Counted from the first letter of the stretch, positions 29,383 through 40,712 are shown. The stretch: DNA of 64,000 bases from an uncultured virus (IMG/VR IMGVR_UViG_3300037296_000405) (IMGVR_UViG_3300037296_000405); one strand, 5' to 3'. The notes: generated by a model from the sequence alone, not told the origin. Numbers and translations: made by a program.

Positions 29383-31452
29383 TTAAAACAGCTCTTCGAT
29401 CAGGTTTCTTTGCTTTCGGCTTAATCTCTTTCCGTCATTGGAGTATTCTTTTAAGTCATTAATTAATTCTTGAGCAAATTTACTTTGATTATAATGTACA
29501 GTTAGTTCAAGTTGTCCCAAAGTATTTTGATACTCTTCCATTGTATTTGCTGTCCACCATATTTTTTTAACAGGATTCCATACGAAGCCTAAATCTTTGT
29601 ACTTCTCTCTATCTTTGAATTGACTTTTTTTAACTTGAATGATAAACCTTTGTAGATCGTCTAGAGATTGCTTTATGAATGATAGATAAGGAGGAAGAGA
29701 ACCACTTGGAATAATTGTAAGTTCATCAATGCATTCACTTAGAGTTGTTGAAGAATAGTAACTTCTATCTAAAAATTGTTCTAAATTAAAAGATTCTCTC
29801 ATTCTAGACTGTACTTTTTGAATATTAAAAGTATAAGTTGTGTTTGCAACTTCATAAAAGTTAGTGTCGTCGCTAGTCTGCTTAGTTTTAACTTTTTTTC
29901 TATTTTCTATTCTAGTCCATTCACAAAGGTCTTTTAAGGCATTTTTATTTTTATCACTAGGTTCTGAATTTTGAATACCTCTATGTTGTTTTACAGTCCA
30001 GAGACCTCTAACTCGAATTAATTCTGCAGTCGATTTTTTATTATCTATAGTGATATTAAATATTCTATGTTTTTCATTGATTGAATCAGAATAACCTCCA
30101 ACACAATGAATCATCTCTTCTCCTTCTAATTCTAGGTCAACAGTTGTGGTTAGTTCCTTGAATGAATCCTTCATTGGAAAACCATCTAAGTTTAAAGGAG
30201 TAACAAGGATTCTCTCTCCTTTTCTTCTTTTTGTCCAAAATTCATCAACAAGCTTCTTTACTGATTCAACAACTTCAATAGTGTTTTTAGGCTTAGGTAA
30301 TTCTAAGTCAGGGTAATTCTCTATAAATCCAATTATAGAAAGACGTTCAGTTGATAATCTATTGATGAAATCTATTAGATTTTGAATGGACCAACCTTGT
30401 TTAATTAGATGAGAATTTACTTTAGCTAGTGCAGAGTGTTCTTTCATAAATTGAGATAGTTTTAGCAATTTTTCTTCGTTGAAGTCTTTTTTTATTAAAT
30501 TATTAATTAAATCTTTAGATAAGTATTCTTTTCTATTGCCAATATAGATTAGATTAGAAAAAGCAAGTACAGATTTTTTGTTTTGCGCTTCAGGAGAACC
30601 CTCAATAAAAAAGTTTGTGTTTCGTAATATAAATTGTTGAGCAAGTTTACTCATTTTATAAAACCTAGATTTTGAAATTAGTGGATGAGATTTATTTGAA
30701 TAGTTAATAGCTAATTGGTCGTTTTGTATTTCGAAATAAGAATTGTCTTCTAAGTATTTTAAATTTTCTTTATTAGGTTTCGAAATATAAAGTCTATTTA
30801 TTGTGAAAGTACTTAGGTCAGTATAAGAAAACTTATCATAGATATTTAAATAAAAATTTTTATCAGCTCTATTCCAGTCATCTCTACCTAAAAGTAAAAG
30901 TGACACCCTCATAAAATCTTTTTCTTTATCGTACTTTAGAGTTTTAAAGTCATGAACTATTTTTTGATTAGATATGAAATTATCAAAACTATAGTCTTTT
31001 TTTGGTATTTCTATTGTAGATGTCTTTAAGAATTTGATAAATTCTGAACTGAAAAATAACATATTTTTTGATGGAGAATAAGCTACTTGTAAATAATTAT
31101 AAGAAGTATCTACATCTATAAATTCTTCAAGTATAGATTTCGTTATATTTATATTATCTAAATCTATAGAAAATTTACATTCATATTGGTGAAAATTATT
31201 TTTAAATGAGTGACCAACATTATTTATTTTAGAATGACTAATATTATTATTTGTGTTTATATTTACTTTTACAAAGCTAAGTTGTTCAATATTAAAATCC
31301 CCACCAGTAAGATAAGCTACTAGCCATCGACTAAACTGAACACCTTGCACAATCAAATCTTCGCCAAGAAGTTCTTTATCTTTAAGTTTTGAAATTTTAG
31401 ATTTAATTAAATTACAAATTTTGAATCTATCATTATTAAATTTATTTATCAT
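29383..31452 (-). CDS. PcfJ-like domain protein (large)
   Basis: LELEGEEMIHCVGGY...STAEL...QHRGIQN. Confidence 0.75.
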   Translation of the reverse strand: MINKFNNDRFKICNLIKSKISKLKDKELLGEDLIVQGVQFSRWLVAYLTGGDFNIEQLSFVKVNINTNNNISHSKINNVGHSFKNNFHQYECKFSIDLDNINITKSILEEFIDVDTSYNYLQVAYSPSKNMLFFSSEFIKFLKTSTIEIPKKDYSFDNFISNQKIVHDFKTLKYDKEKDFMRVSLLLLGRDDWNRADKNFYLNIYDKFSYTDLSTFTINRLYISKPNKENLKYLEDNSYFEIQNDQLAINYSNKSHPLISKSRFYKMSKLAQQFILRNTNFFIEGSPEAQNKKSVLAFSNLIYIGNRKEYLSKDLINNLIKKDFNEEKLLKLSQFMKEHSALAKVNSHLIKQGWSIQNLIDFINRLSTERLSIIGFIENYPDLELPKPKNTIEVVESVKKLVDEFWTKRRKGERILVTPLNLDGFPMKDSFKELTTTVDLELEGEEMIHCVGGYSDSINEKHRIFNITIDNKKSTAELIRVRGLWTVKQHRGIQNSEPSDKNKNALKDLCEWTRIENRKKVKTKQTSDDTNFYEVANTTYTFNIQKVQSRMRESFNLEQFLDRSYYSSTTLSECIDELTIIPSGSLPPYLSFIKQSLDDLQRFIIQVKKSQFKDREKYKDLGFVWNPVKKIWWTANTMEEYQNTLGQLELTVHYNQSKFAQELINDLKEYSNDGKRLSRKQRNLIEELF

Positions 31453-31528
31453 GTTTAAATAATAGCATGATAACAAAGAGATATCAATATTAATTTGCTT
31501 AATTTTAGTTAATTTGCTATAATTAGTA

Positions 31529-32512
31529 ATGGGAAAGATATATCTAACAGGGATAAAACCAACAGGAGAAATACACTTAGGAAACTATTTAGGTGCAATA
31601 AAACCTTCTTTAGACATGGTAAACGAAGATGATTTATTTTTGTTTTTTATCGCAGATTACCATGCATTAAACTCAATGAATAGAGAAGAAAGTAAACTAA
31701 TAAAATCAAATACTTATAAGATATTAGCGACTTATATTACATGTGGTTTAGACCCAAAAAAAGTTCTTTTTTATCGACAAAGTGATATATCTGAGATATT
31801 TGAACTTAAAACTATTCTAAATAATTTTACCCCAAAATCTTTACTCAATTTAGGACATGCCTATAAATCTAAAGTGAATGAAGAAGGTTTAAACAACTAT
31901 TCTAATATAAACATGGGATTGTTTAATTATCCAAGTTTAATGGCATCTGACATATTAGCATTTAATTCTAATTATATTCCTGTAGGCTCGGATCAGATTC
32001 AGCACATAGAAATTGCAAGAGAAATTGCAAGAAGATTTAATTTTAATATAGGTAAAGAATTAATAACTTTACCTGAAGCAATAGTCAAAGAGCCTGAAGT
32101 GTTAATTGGTATAGATGGTAGGAAAATGAGTAAGTCTTATCAAAATACTATTCCAATTTTTTGTTCTGAGAAGAAACTACATAAGCTTATAAAATCTATT
32201 AAGACAGATTCTACTCCAGTGGACTCACCTAAACCTTTAAATTGCGATATTCGTAATATATATAGTAAATTTGCTACTGAAGATCAACTTTGTCATTTTG
32301 ATAATAAATTAATAAATGGCATAAGTTATGGAGAAGCTAAAGATTGCCTTTTTGAATTGATAAATAACCAACTGAATCCGATGAGATTACATTACGAACA
32401 ATTAGTCACAGATACTAAGAATTTAGATAAAATATTGTTACAAGGTAAAGTAACTGTTAAACGAATCTCTGAAAAAAATCTAAACAAGATTAAAAAAAAT
32501 CTTATCGGATAA
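31529..32512 (+). CDS. trpS: tryptophan--tRNA ligase
   Basis: TGIKPTG.IHLGN, ADYHA, YP.LMASDIL, GSDQ, KMSKS. Confidence 0.95.
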   Translation: MGKIYLTGIKPTGEIHLGNYLGAIKPSLDMVNEDDLFLFFIADYHALNSMNREESKLIKSNTYKILATYITCGLDPKKVLFYRQSDISEIFELKTILNNFTPKSLLNLGHAYKSKVNEEGLNNYSNINMGLFNYPSLMASDILAFNSNYIPVGSDQIQHIEIAREIARRFNFNIGKELITLPEAIVKEPEVLIGIDGRKMSKSYQNTIPIFCSEKKLHKLIKSIKTDSTPVDSPKPLNCDIRNIYSKFATEDQLCHFDNKLINGISYGEAKDCLFELINNQLNPMRLHYEQLVTDTKNLDKILLQGKVTVKRISEKNLNKIKKNLIG

Positions 32513-32523
32513 TTTATTGATTT

Positions 32524-34620
32524 CTATTTTATAAAATCTATTAATCTTCTAATTTCTTCATCAAACATAGGATTATAATGTGTTATAGAATGAAAAAGAA
32601 GAGGACTTATTCTCTTAATCTCCTTTAATCTTTCCATATGTTTAGTTTCTTGAGGGTACATTTCTGAGAATGTTTCAATGCTTGAAAGAGAAGAGCCATA
32701 ATAAAGTTTCATCTTCTCTAGTTCTTTAAATTCGGGGATTTTCAATTTAAATATGTCTTTTAATATCTCATCTTCTGGAAAAAACTTTTCAAGAATATTC
32801 ATATCTAGTTGACCTAAAGTGATATTAGTAGAATGAATGAAGAAAGAGAATTCATACCATTTTAATTTATTTTTTGTTGAATTACTGATAGCTTCAATTC
32901 TTCGTCTTCTTTTTATTGATTTTTCTTGTAACTCTTTCTCTTCAGAAATTTTTAACTCATATTGTTCTCTTTTATTTCTGACGAATGATTTAGTAAGCTC
33001 TTTGAATCCAAAATGCTTCATTATTTTTAAATTTTCAGGAGTTGCTACATAATATTCTAAACTTAATTTTTTTACGCTTGCACCAAATTTGAATGAGTTG
33101 TCTTCATAATAACGTTTTCCTCCTGACCAATAAACCGAAGAAATTACAGGTACGGTCTTATTTAGTTCAGATATTTTAAATTTTTTATTAGCCGTATAAG
33201 TTTTAATGCAATTGACAGTTCTGTAGTTATCCTTTAATCCTCTTTCTATTATATTTACTTCTGGGTCTAATTGATTAATCTTATCCTCAGTAGACAAAGG
33301 TAATTTAATATTGTATTCAGTGATATCTTTTATTGTAAAGAATTGAGAATAAAGCTTTTCTTGGGTCTCATCAAAATTACCTTCTTTGTTAACAAAACAA
33401 ATGGAAGTAAACTTATTTGATTCGTCTAGTTCTCCAAGGATAGCTCCACTTAGAAATTTTTGAAGTTTAACAAGAGAAGGTTTTATTTTTATCATTAATA
33501 CTGTTGGGTCAATTGCAATATACCCTGATATTTTTGAACGTTTACTCCATGACTCTTTATGTGTTCTATCGAAAGGAAGCTTGTTCATTTTATCAATCAT
33601 AATAGGTAAACCTTTGTAAACCATAGAATAGCTATTATGTGGATATTCTCTTGTATGAACCATTTCTATTATTTTGTTTAGATCAGTTTCTTTCCTTACT
33701 AAAGATTTTAATATTTTTGGTAACATATTAACTGCAACATTAAATTTTTTACAAACATGTTCTTCCATTGTTAGTGCAAAATTCTCTCTGTCAGGTCCAA
33801 CTTCTTGTGAGTTTTTTAATTTTACTTCACCAACTTCAAATTTTATTTGAATAGAATAGTTCTCTGCGTATTTTTTATAAGAATTTAAAGTGTCAAAATC
33901 ATTAACTGAATATTGTGTTTCTCCTAAAGTAACAGCTAAATCAGTTTTTTTACAATTGATTGCAATAATCTTAAAGTCTTTATTTTCATATACACAAGGT
34001 AGTGGACCTAATTCAAAGTTTATTGTTTTAGGTCTAACACTCCAAAATTTAATTGCTCTCTTAATAGCCTTAATCGCAGGTTCGATTTGATTAGAATCTG
34101 CTAAAGGTAGAATTACTTCTACACCATTAGGTTCTTGAGAATCTTCAGATTCTTGCATGTCAACGTATATATTGTCAGTGAAAGAAATCTCATAATATGT
34201 TTTGGTTCCGTTGAATGTAGAGACTACATAAAAACTGGGGTTAATAGCAAACCAAGATTTAGACCCAATCCCGAATCCTCCGTTAAAACTATCTGAAGTA
34301 TCTTTATTTGAAGCTGTAATTCTTGCAAATACATTTTCTATGTCTTCGGGAGACAATCCAGTTCCAAAATCTTTTATAATAACATTTTGATTAGCCATGG
34401 TAGGTGCCGTTATTTCTATAGTACTACAATCCTTTTTAGCCATAATGTGAGCATCTTTAGCATTGTTTATGTACTCTTGAATAGCCGTTTGTAAAGGATG
34501 CTTATATAAGTCTTTAGTGAACATTCTAAGCATTTTAACTGGGTTGTCAATTGATGCAACAATCCTCTTTTTTTCAGTAAAATTACTTGAAGTTTTAAGC
34601 GTATATTTGTTTAATTTCAT
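32524..34620 (-). CDS. rIIA-like protein with N-terminal GHKL ATPase
   Basis: LY..P...IQEYINNAKDA, DFGTGL, GGFGIGSKS, NGVEV, PDRE. Confidence 0.75.
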   Translation of the reverse strand: MKLNKYTLKTSSNFTEKKRIVASIDNPVKMLRMFTKDLYKHPLQTAIQEYINNAKDAHIMAKKDCSTIEITAPTMANQNVIIKDFGTGLSPEDIENVFARITASNKDTSDSFNGGFGIGSKSWFAINPSFYVVSTFNGTKTYYEISFTDNIYVDMQESEDSQEPNGVEVILPLADSNQIEPAIKAIKRAIKFWSVRPKTINFELGPLPCVYENKDFKIIAINCKKTDLAVTLGETQYSVNDFDTLNSYKKYAENYSIQIKFEVGEVKLKNSQEVGPDRENFALTMEEHVCKKFNVAVNMLPKILKSLVRKETDLNKIIEMVHTREYPHNSYSMVYKGLPIMIDKMNKLPFDRTHKESWSKRSKISGYIAIDPTVLMIKIKPSLVKLQKFLSGAILGELDESNKFTSICFVNKEGNFDETQEKLYSQFFTIKDITEYNIKLPLSTEDKINQLDPEVNIIERGLKDNYRTVNCIKTYTANKKFKISELNKTVPVISSVYWSGGKRYYEDNSFKFGASVKKLSLEYYVATPENLKIMKHFGFKELTKSFVRNKREQYELKISEEKELQEKSIKRRRRIEAISNSTKNKLKWYEFSFFIHSTNITLGQLDMNILEKFFPEDEILKDIFKLKIPEFKELEKMKLYYGSSLSSIETFSEMYPQETKHMERLKEIKRISPLLFHSITHYNPMFDEEIRRLIDFIK

Positions 34621-34630
34621 AAAGCCTTCT

Positions 34631-34945
34631 TTATTTATTGTTTATTCGATTTTTATACTTTTTTTTATTATGAATAACATAACACCAACTATCATCTAGA
34701 ACATGTTTTTCTAGTACTAGTGATTTATAAATTATACTATATTTTATATTTTTTTCATAGAAAACTTTATCTTTCATATTTTCAAAAACAGAGTTTATCC
34801 ACATAATCTCTATATTACTAGTGATTATTTTAGATAAAGTTATTTTATTTATAAGCTTATTCGTTAAAAGTTTAAAATTATTAGAATTATAATATTCTCT
34901 GTATATTATTTTTTTCTTCATTAATGTTGACATAGGCTTATTCAT
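34631..34945 (-). CDS. hypothetical protein
   Basis: ORF; -10 box 6 nt before ATG. Confidence 0.5.
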   Translation of the reverse strand: MNKPMSTLMKKKIIYREYYNSNNFKLLTNKLINKITLSKIITSNIEIMWINSVFENMKDKVFYEKNIKYSIIYKSLVLEKHVLDDSWCYVIHNKKKYKNRINNK

Positions 34946-34981
34946 GTTATTATCTTATCATAGCTAACATTATAATTCAAG

Positions 34982-35701
34982 CTACTTATCAGATATTTTT
35001 TTAGCAATTTCAATAGCATACCATGCACTGAAATAAAGATTGTCTATGGTTGCTACAATTTGATAATGATTACTCGATGAAATACTTTTAATTTGATAAT
35101 TAATATTGTTAGTTCCTTTAACTTCGTCTGTATTAATTGTTTTATTGTAAATAAAATTATACAAAAGTATTTTTTTATTAATGAAGTTAATATCTTGTTT
35201 GCTTTCAAAAGTGATATTCATTTTAATACAATTAGGTCTATTTGTTAAATATGTATTGTAATTAATAGATGTTCCAAGAGCAAGTTCTATTTCACTCTTG
35301 TGATAGTGAATTTTATTTATTTTAATGATTTTATCTATTTTGATTTTATCTTTATTTGGGCTATTGTTTGATATAGCAGATAAAGGAAAGTAAGAATCTA
35401 TTTGTATGTTCTCAATATGTTTTCTAATATTATATAGTAGATGAAGAGCTAGATTTGCACTACATCCGGGGTTTGATACATTTTTATTGAAATTAGATAA
35501 AGGAAAGCCATAATCAAAAGACGAATTTTTACTAATCTTTGATAGAGAAGTCATATCTATTATTATTTGTGAAGTTTGTAAAGAAATCTTCTTTGTTTTA
35601 AATAATAAACTGGCTGAAGAATCTAGTTCCCAAGACTTAGGAGCTATTTTTTTTAACTGTTCGTAAATTTTACCTCTAGAAGAATCTATATTATATTTCA
35701 T
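34982..35701 (-). CDS. hypothetical protein
   Basis: ORF. Confidence 0.65.
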   Translation of the reverse strand: MKYNIDSSRGKIYEQLKKIAPKSWELDSSASLLFKTKKISLQTSQIIIDMTSLSKISKNSSFDYGFPLSNFNKNVSNPGCSANLALHLLYNIRKHIENIQIDSYFPLSAISNNSPNKDKIKIDKIIKINKIHYHKSEIELALGTSINYNTYLTNRPNCIKMNITFESKQDINFINKKILLYNFIYNKTINTDEVKGTNNINYQIKSISSSNHYQIVATIDNLYFSAWYAIEIAKKISDK

Positions 35702-35798
35702 AGATTTAGATGATATCAAATAATTTAAAAAAAGTATAATTATTTACTATATTTGTCCATTTACTGAACATATATAAAGTAACAAAAGAGATGATTAT

Positions 35799-36062
35799 AT
35801 GAATATATTTAAATTTGTAAAGAAATCAGTTATACAGTCATTAAACCCGTTAGAGTTAAGACTGTTACTTGATTTATATGATATTGCAGAAGGGAATATT
35901 ATTCAAAACTTTAGGATAACTGAATATGTTCAAAAAAATAAAGATGAAGATAATGGTGGAATTACATCAAGGACAACTGTTACTAACTTACTTAAATCGT
36001 TAGAAGATAAAAATTTAATTGAAAAAAGAGTTAAACGTGTTGATATCTTACCAATTATTTAG
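35799..36062 (+). CDS. winged-helix DNA-binding protein
   Basis: LNPLELRLL...SRTTVTNLLKSLEDKNLIEK. Confidence 0.7.
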   Translation: MNIFKFVKKSVIQSLNPLELRLLLDLYDIAEGNIIQNFRITEYVQKNKDEDNGGITSRTTVTNLLKSLEDKNLIEKRVKRVDILPII

Positions 36063-36712
36063 TAATTAAAACCAATACCAAATGAACTTATCGTTATTAA
36101 TGGTGTAATCACATTTTTTATTTTTATGTAAGAACTTTCACTTATTTGTATTTGTCCATTAAATTCTATACCAACTATAACATTAACTCCTTTAAATCTA
36201 GAACCGTAAGTAACATATAGCCAAGAAGGGGTCTGAATGTCCCTCCCTTCAAATCTATCTTCCCAAGCACTTTCATCATAAAAGTAAGCTCCTAATATTC
36301 CACCAAATTGAAAACTTGTACTATTTATACTACCTAAACCAGCACTGGTCATAAATCCGTACATAGGAGAACCAATGGAATCTTCGCCACCGTACAATGA
36401 TAAACTTGAATAAGATATTGGAGAGAGTTCCCATAGCATTGTTACAGAATATAGTGGATTGTCGATTGTCTTTCCATCCGCTGATACTTTATTTTTATAC
36501 AAGTCTGCATTGACATCACTAAAGTGGTGTGTTCTAAAAGCAGAAGAAAACTCTATTGCCATAGTATCTGGTTTTTTAATTTTTTTAAATCTTTTTTTAA
36601 ATACTCTTTGCTTTTTGCTGTTTTTTTTCTTAATTTGTCTATAACGAGACCAATCAGATTGAGCAAAAACTGTTGAACTGATTATAAGTGTAAGTAATAA
36701 TAGAAATTTCAT
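36059..36712 (-). CDS. probable outer-membrane beta-barrel protein
   Basis: signal peptide ending VFA/Q; amphipathic strands; C-terminal FGIGFNY. Confidence 0.6.
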   Translation of the reverse strand: MKFLLLLTLIISSTVFAQSDWSRYRQIKKKNSKKQRVFKKRFKKIKKPDTMAIEFSSAFRTHHFSDVNADLYKNKVSADGKTIDNPLYSVTMLWELSPISYSSLSLYGGEDSIGSPMYGFMTSAGLGSINSTSFQFGGILGAYFYDESAWEDRFEGRDIQTPSWLYVTYGSRFKGVNVIVGIEFNGQIQISESSYIKIKNVITPLITISSFGIGFNY

Positions 36713-36822
36713 ACTTCTCCCTTAAACTAATTATATCACATAAGATCTTATTTGCAAGTAATTAATTTATTATTTTTACAATTTATTAAAATGTGATATG
36801 ATTTTATAAAAAAAGGAGTTAG

Positions 36823-37350
36823 ATGAAGTATTATTCAAATCATTGTTGGTGTAGCTCAAGCAATTGGGGTGGAAATTTCGATTGTAGATATATTATTGGC
36901 ATTGATAGAATCAAAGAAGGTAAAACTTACTATGATACTCCAGAAGAAGACTGGACAAATTTAATTGATAAAATAGATGGTCATTTAAATGTTAAAGAGT
37001 ATCAAAATTTAAAAAATAATTCTCCTGATATGGATGATGAATCATTAAAGTCAATGGCTACTAGACCCACTTATAGATTAAATAAAGAAGTATTAGAATG
37101 GTTAACAGAAAATGTTAAAGATATAGCTAAAGGTGTTTATGCAGGAAAAGGCTGGTGTATTGGGTCTGATGATTATAATGCAAATTCAAGTTTAAAATTT
37201 TCTATATTTTTTAGAAGAAGAAGAGATGCCATGAACTTTGTTAAAGTTTGGAGTTCTTATAAAAAGCCTGTAACTTATTTTGATTACTTTAAAGATATTC
37301 GAAAAGAATTAAATCCAAAAACAAATACACTTCAGGTAGTAGAAGATTAA
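36823..37350 (+). CDS. hypothetical protein
   Basis: AAGGAG RBS. Confidence 0.75.
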   Translation: MKYYSNHCWCSSSNWGGNFDCRYIIGIDRIKEGKTYYDTPEEDWTNLIDKIDGHLNVKEYQNLKNNSPDMDDESLKSMATRPTYRLNKEVLEWLTENVKDIAKGVYAGKGWCIGSDDYNANSSLKFSIFFRRRRDAMNFVKVWSSYKKPVTYFDYFKDIRKELNPKTNTLQVVED

Positions 37351-37727
37351 TTGTTAAATTTATTTTTAGGACTAGATAGATTCTCTCTGGTTTAAATCTG
37401 CAGTTTAATTTTAATTATCTAGTCATTAATATTATAGGAAGATAGAGAGAAAAATTATTTTTTAAATTTCTTTAAAAATTCTTCTCTTCTTTTATCCATT
37501 TCTCTTCTTTTTTTGAATTCATTAATTGCTATATCTTTCCATATGTTATCAGGATGATTAAATTTTGTAGTGATTTTTTTCTTTTGATTTTTGTTTGATT
37601 TAGCTTTTATAACAAATCTCTTTTTTTAGTTTGTTAAATCTTAAATGGAATAATTATATTGTAACTCATAATATATAAAAAAGAAAGATCTTTTTTAATT
37701 TATTAAATATTATGGTATATTATTTAT

Positions 37728-38009
37728 ATGGAACTAAAAGAAAAAGAAATGGTTTTGAAATTGTATAATAAAGATGCTGTAACTAAGATATATCCATCTT
37801 TCACTCATCTTATAATTGATGGAAAACAGTATCCAATTACAGGTAGTTATTATTCTATTCTTAAAAAATTAAAAATTGATCTTGATAATTCTCACTTATC
37901 CTTATCCGTAATTGTAACAGGAAGAATTGTTCAGACTAAAGGAAATATGCCAAATCCGACAGTTAAAATGGATTCCGTCGAAATTGACACAATATCCTTA
38001 GTTGATTAA
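37728..38009 (+). CDS. hypothetical protein
   Basis: TGG-TATATT 6 nt before ATG. Confidence 0.65.
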   Translation: MELKEKEMVLKLYNKDAVTKIYPSFTHLIIDGKQYPITGSYYSILKKLKIDLDNSHLSLSVIVTGRIVQTKGNMPNPTVKMDSVEIDTISLVD

Positions 38010-38125
38010 TTTTTAGATGGCTTCTCATCCTCTTTAATTGGTAGCAATGGAATACATGGAAAGCCCATTTCAAATGCAATAGCCATTTTTTCTTCTAAAG
38101 ATAATTCATCACTTAGTTTCTCCAT
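38006..38125 (-). CDS. small protein (39 aa, MEKLSDELSLEEKMAIAFEMGFPCIP...)
   Basis: GGAGGA RBS; not in ORF track. Confidence 0.55.
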   Translation of the reverse strand: MEKLSDELSLEEKMAIAFEMGFPCIPLLPIKEDEKPSKN

Positions 38126-38330
38126 AAATCCTCCCAGAATGTTTTTTAGTGTATACATATTATACACTATTTGAACATTAAAGTCAATATAAAAATAAAA
38201 TTTTGTAGTCTAACTATTTAAAATTAAAGAGTTTTTGTTTATTAACCTAATTGATCTTAATTTATTTTAATGTAATTTAGACAGATTCTAAAACTAATGA
38301 TATTATAACTATTATATATAAAGGAATGTT

Positions 38331-38549
38331 ATGTGGAATGTTGATGAAAAGTTAAACGTAAATCATGAAATAGCGATTAATTCTCAAAGAAGCCAATATA
38401 AAAATATCTCGGATTATTGGTTTGATGGTCTTTTAGTTTCTAGTAAACAAGAAATTCTTAATGAATTTAAAGACATAATATCTAATTCTCATTCTGAGGA
38501 GTGTAGACAACAGATTGATGCATTAGTTGCAATTATGAAAGTAGGATAA
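38331..38549 (+). CDS. hypothetical protein
   Basis: AAGGA RBS. Confidence 0.65.
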   Translation: MWNVDEKLNVNHEIAINSQRSQYKNISDYWFDGLLVSSKQEILNEFKDIISNSHSEECRQQIDALVAIMKVG

Positions 38550-38552
38550 TAA

Positions 38553-39293
38553 ATGATTAAAGATATTAAGAAGATTATTAGAGAAGCTGGAAAAATAGCT
38601 TTATTTCATCAGTCTAGATTAACAATAGATTCCAAAGAAGATAAGTCTATTGTAACAAATGGTGATGTCGCTGTTAGTAAATTTCTAGAGAAAGAATTAT
38701 CAATATGGTATCCAGTTTTATCAGAAGAAAACTATAATGATTGTAAAGAAGATATAGTATTTATTGTGGACCCAATTGATGGGACATTATCTTACTCAAA
38801 AAAAGAAGACTCATGGAGTGTAATGATTTCTCTTGTTGATAAAAATGAGCCTGTTTTAGGTTTTATATATCAACCAACTAAGGATATATTATTTTATACA
38901 GAAGATGGGAGTTCTTATAAGGATGAAAAAGGTGTAATATCAAAATTACCAAAGTGTAATGATGACAATTTGACTGCTGTTATTTCTAAAAACGAAAAAG
39001 ATAATTCAGGATATATGTCAAAGTTACTTAGGATATCTCCAACTATAGAAAATTTTGAATATACTTATGGCGCAGGATTAAAAATTTGTCATGTTGCTGA
39101 AGGAAAATCTAGTATCTATTTATCTACAGCACAAAAATGTTCTATATGGGACTTAATGGCAGGTTGGGCAATACTTAGACTTTGTGGCGGTAATATTTAT
39201 TTTGAAAAAAATTATTCTTTAGACAGAACAAAGCCTCTAGTATCATCTAATTTCTATTGTTCAAAATTTAATCTGAATGAAGATGAATTATGA
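38553..39293 (+). CDS. cysQ: CysQ/inositol monophosphatase family phosphatase
   Basis: VTNGD, LSEE, VDPIDGT, WDLMAG. Confidence 0.88.
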   Translation: MIKDIKKIIREAGKIALFHQSRLTIDSKEDKSIVTNGDVAVSKFLEKELSIWYPVLSEENYNDCKEDIVFIVDPIDGTLSYSKKEDSWSVMISLVDKNEPVLGFIYQPTKDILFYTEDGSSYKDEKGVISKLPKCNDDNLTAVISKNEKDNSGYMSKLLRISPTIENFEYTYGAGLKICHVAEGKSSIYLSTAQKCSIWDLMAGWAILRLCGGNIYFEKNYSLDRTKPLVSSNFYCSKFNLNEDEL

Positions 39294-39694
39294 TTTTTAC
39301 ATTTTTGTTTTACGGACTTAGTGTTATAGTTTTTGTTTGCTTAATACGGTTGTTTATTAAAAAGATTCAAGTATATGTAAAGAAGAAAAAAGTTGTTGAT
39401 GAATTAAATAAAAAAGCTAGAAATATAAGACTTTTGCTAGGAAAAGAGCACAGCCGTATTTACCAAGATGGTCGTTCAGTTTGGGTAGACCCTGAGGACG
39501 TTAAGCATCGCTATATTGGAACTTCATTTAGAATGTCATTAGGAATATCAAAACTAAAAGCCAACGTAAATTATAATGGAGAAACTTATACTCAAGAAGT
39601 TATAGATTCTGCAAAGTTAAATATCGTAGAAATAAGAGAGAAAGTCGTTCGAGATTACGGCATAGATATTTTAAAAGAGACTTTGAATAATTAA
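39290..39694 (+). CDS. membrane-anchored hypothetical protein
   Basis: N-terminal TM. Confidence 0.65.
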   Translation: MIFTFLFYGLSVIVFVCLIRLFIKKIQVYVKKKKVVDELNKKARNIRLLLGKEHSRIYQDGRSVWVDPEDVKHRYIGTSFRMSLGISKLKANVNYNGETYTQEVIDSAKLNIVEIREKVVRDYGIDILKETLNN

Positions 39695-40293
39695 TTATAC
39701 CTATAAATAAAAAACCATTCAAATGAAATTACATTATTCTCTATGAGGTCTTTTGGTGGATTAGGATAGGGTGCCGATTTTTTGAAGGCTTCTATTGCAA
39801 TATCATCAAAAATTATATTATTTGAAGATTTTTTAATTTTAATAGATATCAATTCTCCTATATTGTTTAATACAACATAGACTTCTGTAGTTAAGTTAGT
39901 TTTTAAATTATAATTATTCGGAAACCAATTTGTATATAATCTTTTTTGTATTCTATTAAAGAATGAATAGTATTTAAACTTTATAGTGTTAAAATCAGTG
40001 AAATTGTTTTCTTTTTTATTGTGTAAAATATTATTTTTAATTAATTTAGGAACGATGTTGTTTTTGTAGCTCAAGTCTTGAAGGGATATTTTTTTCTTAT
40101 TGATTCTTTTAGGCGCAACAGGTTCACTATTCTTAATTGTCGGTGGATTATTTTTCATTTCATTGTTAATTAATTTTATCGTTATTTCATTATTCTTTAA
40201 AAATTTTTTCTTAATGAGATTATCATCTTTTAAGTAAAAAAGACCAATTACGTGGATAATTACTGAAATAGAAAGAGATATTAATATTTTCAT
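39691..40293 (-). CDS. TonB/TolA C-terminal domain protein
   Basis: TM with S-x3-H; KSS....DDIAIEAFKKSAPYPNPP. Confidence 0.85.
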   Translation of the reverse strand: MKILISLSISVIIHVIGLFYLKDDNLIKKKFLKNNEITIKLINNEMKNNPPTIKNSEPVAPKRINKKKISLQDLSYKNNIVPKLIKNNILHNKKENNFTDFNTIKFKYYSFFNRIQKRLYTNWFPNNYNLKTNLTTEVYVVLNNIGELISIKIKKSSNNIIFDDIAIEAFKKSAPYPNPPKDLIENNVISFEWFFIYRYN

Positions 40294-40382
40294 CTAGTTA
40301 GATTATACAGTTATTAGTAGATCAGGTCAAGGTTATTGTTTCATTAGTAAAGTTATGCTATAATATTATTAAAGGATATTAT

Positions 40383-40712
40383 TTGAAAGAATGTATATGT
40401 ATATCATTTCCAGATTATCACAGAAAAGATTGTTTTTTATTTGATGAGTATGGTAATGTTAAAAAGGCTTTTTTACTTAGTAATGAAAACCTTATCAACG
40501 ATAAGATACAGTCTTTAATTCAAGACGTAGTTCCATTTTTTTTAAAACTAAGAGTAATAAAGAAAGGTTTTTCTTTAAGATTAATCAATAAAATGGATAG
40601 TTCAACTGTATTGAATAAAGACATACCTCCTTACATTTCTGAAGTTTTGGAAAAAATATTTGAATACTTTAGGACCGAATTAGATATTTATATTGAATTA
40701 GACAAAAGTTAA
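40383..40712 (+). CDS. hypothetical protein
   Basis: promoter, RBS, TTG start; CxC-x6-H-x3-C. Confidence 0.6.
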   Translation: MKECICISFPDYHRKDCFLFDEYGNVKKAFLLSNENLINDKIQSLIQDVVPFFLKLRVIKKGFSLRLINKMDSSTVLNKDIPPYISEVLEKIFEYFRTELDIYIELDKS

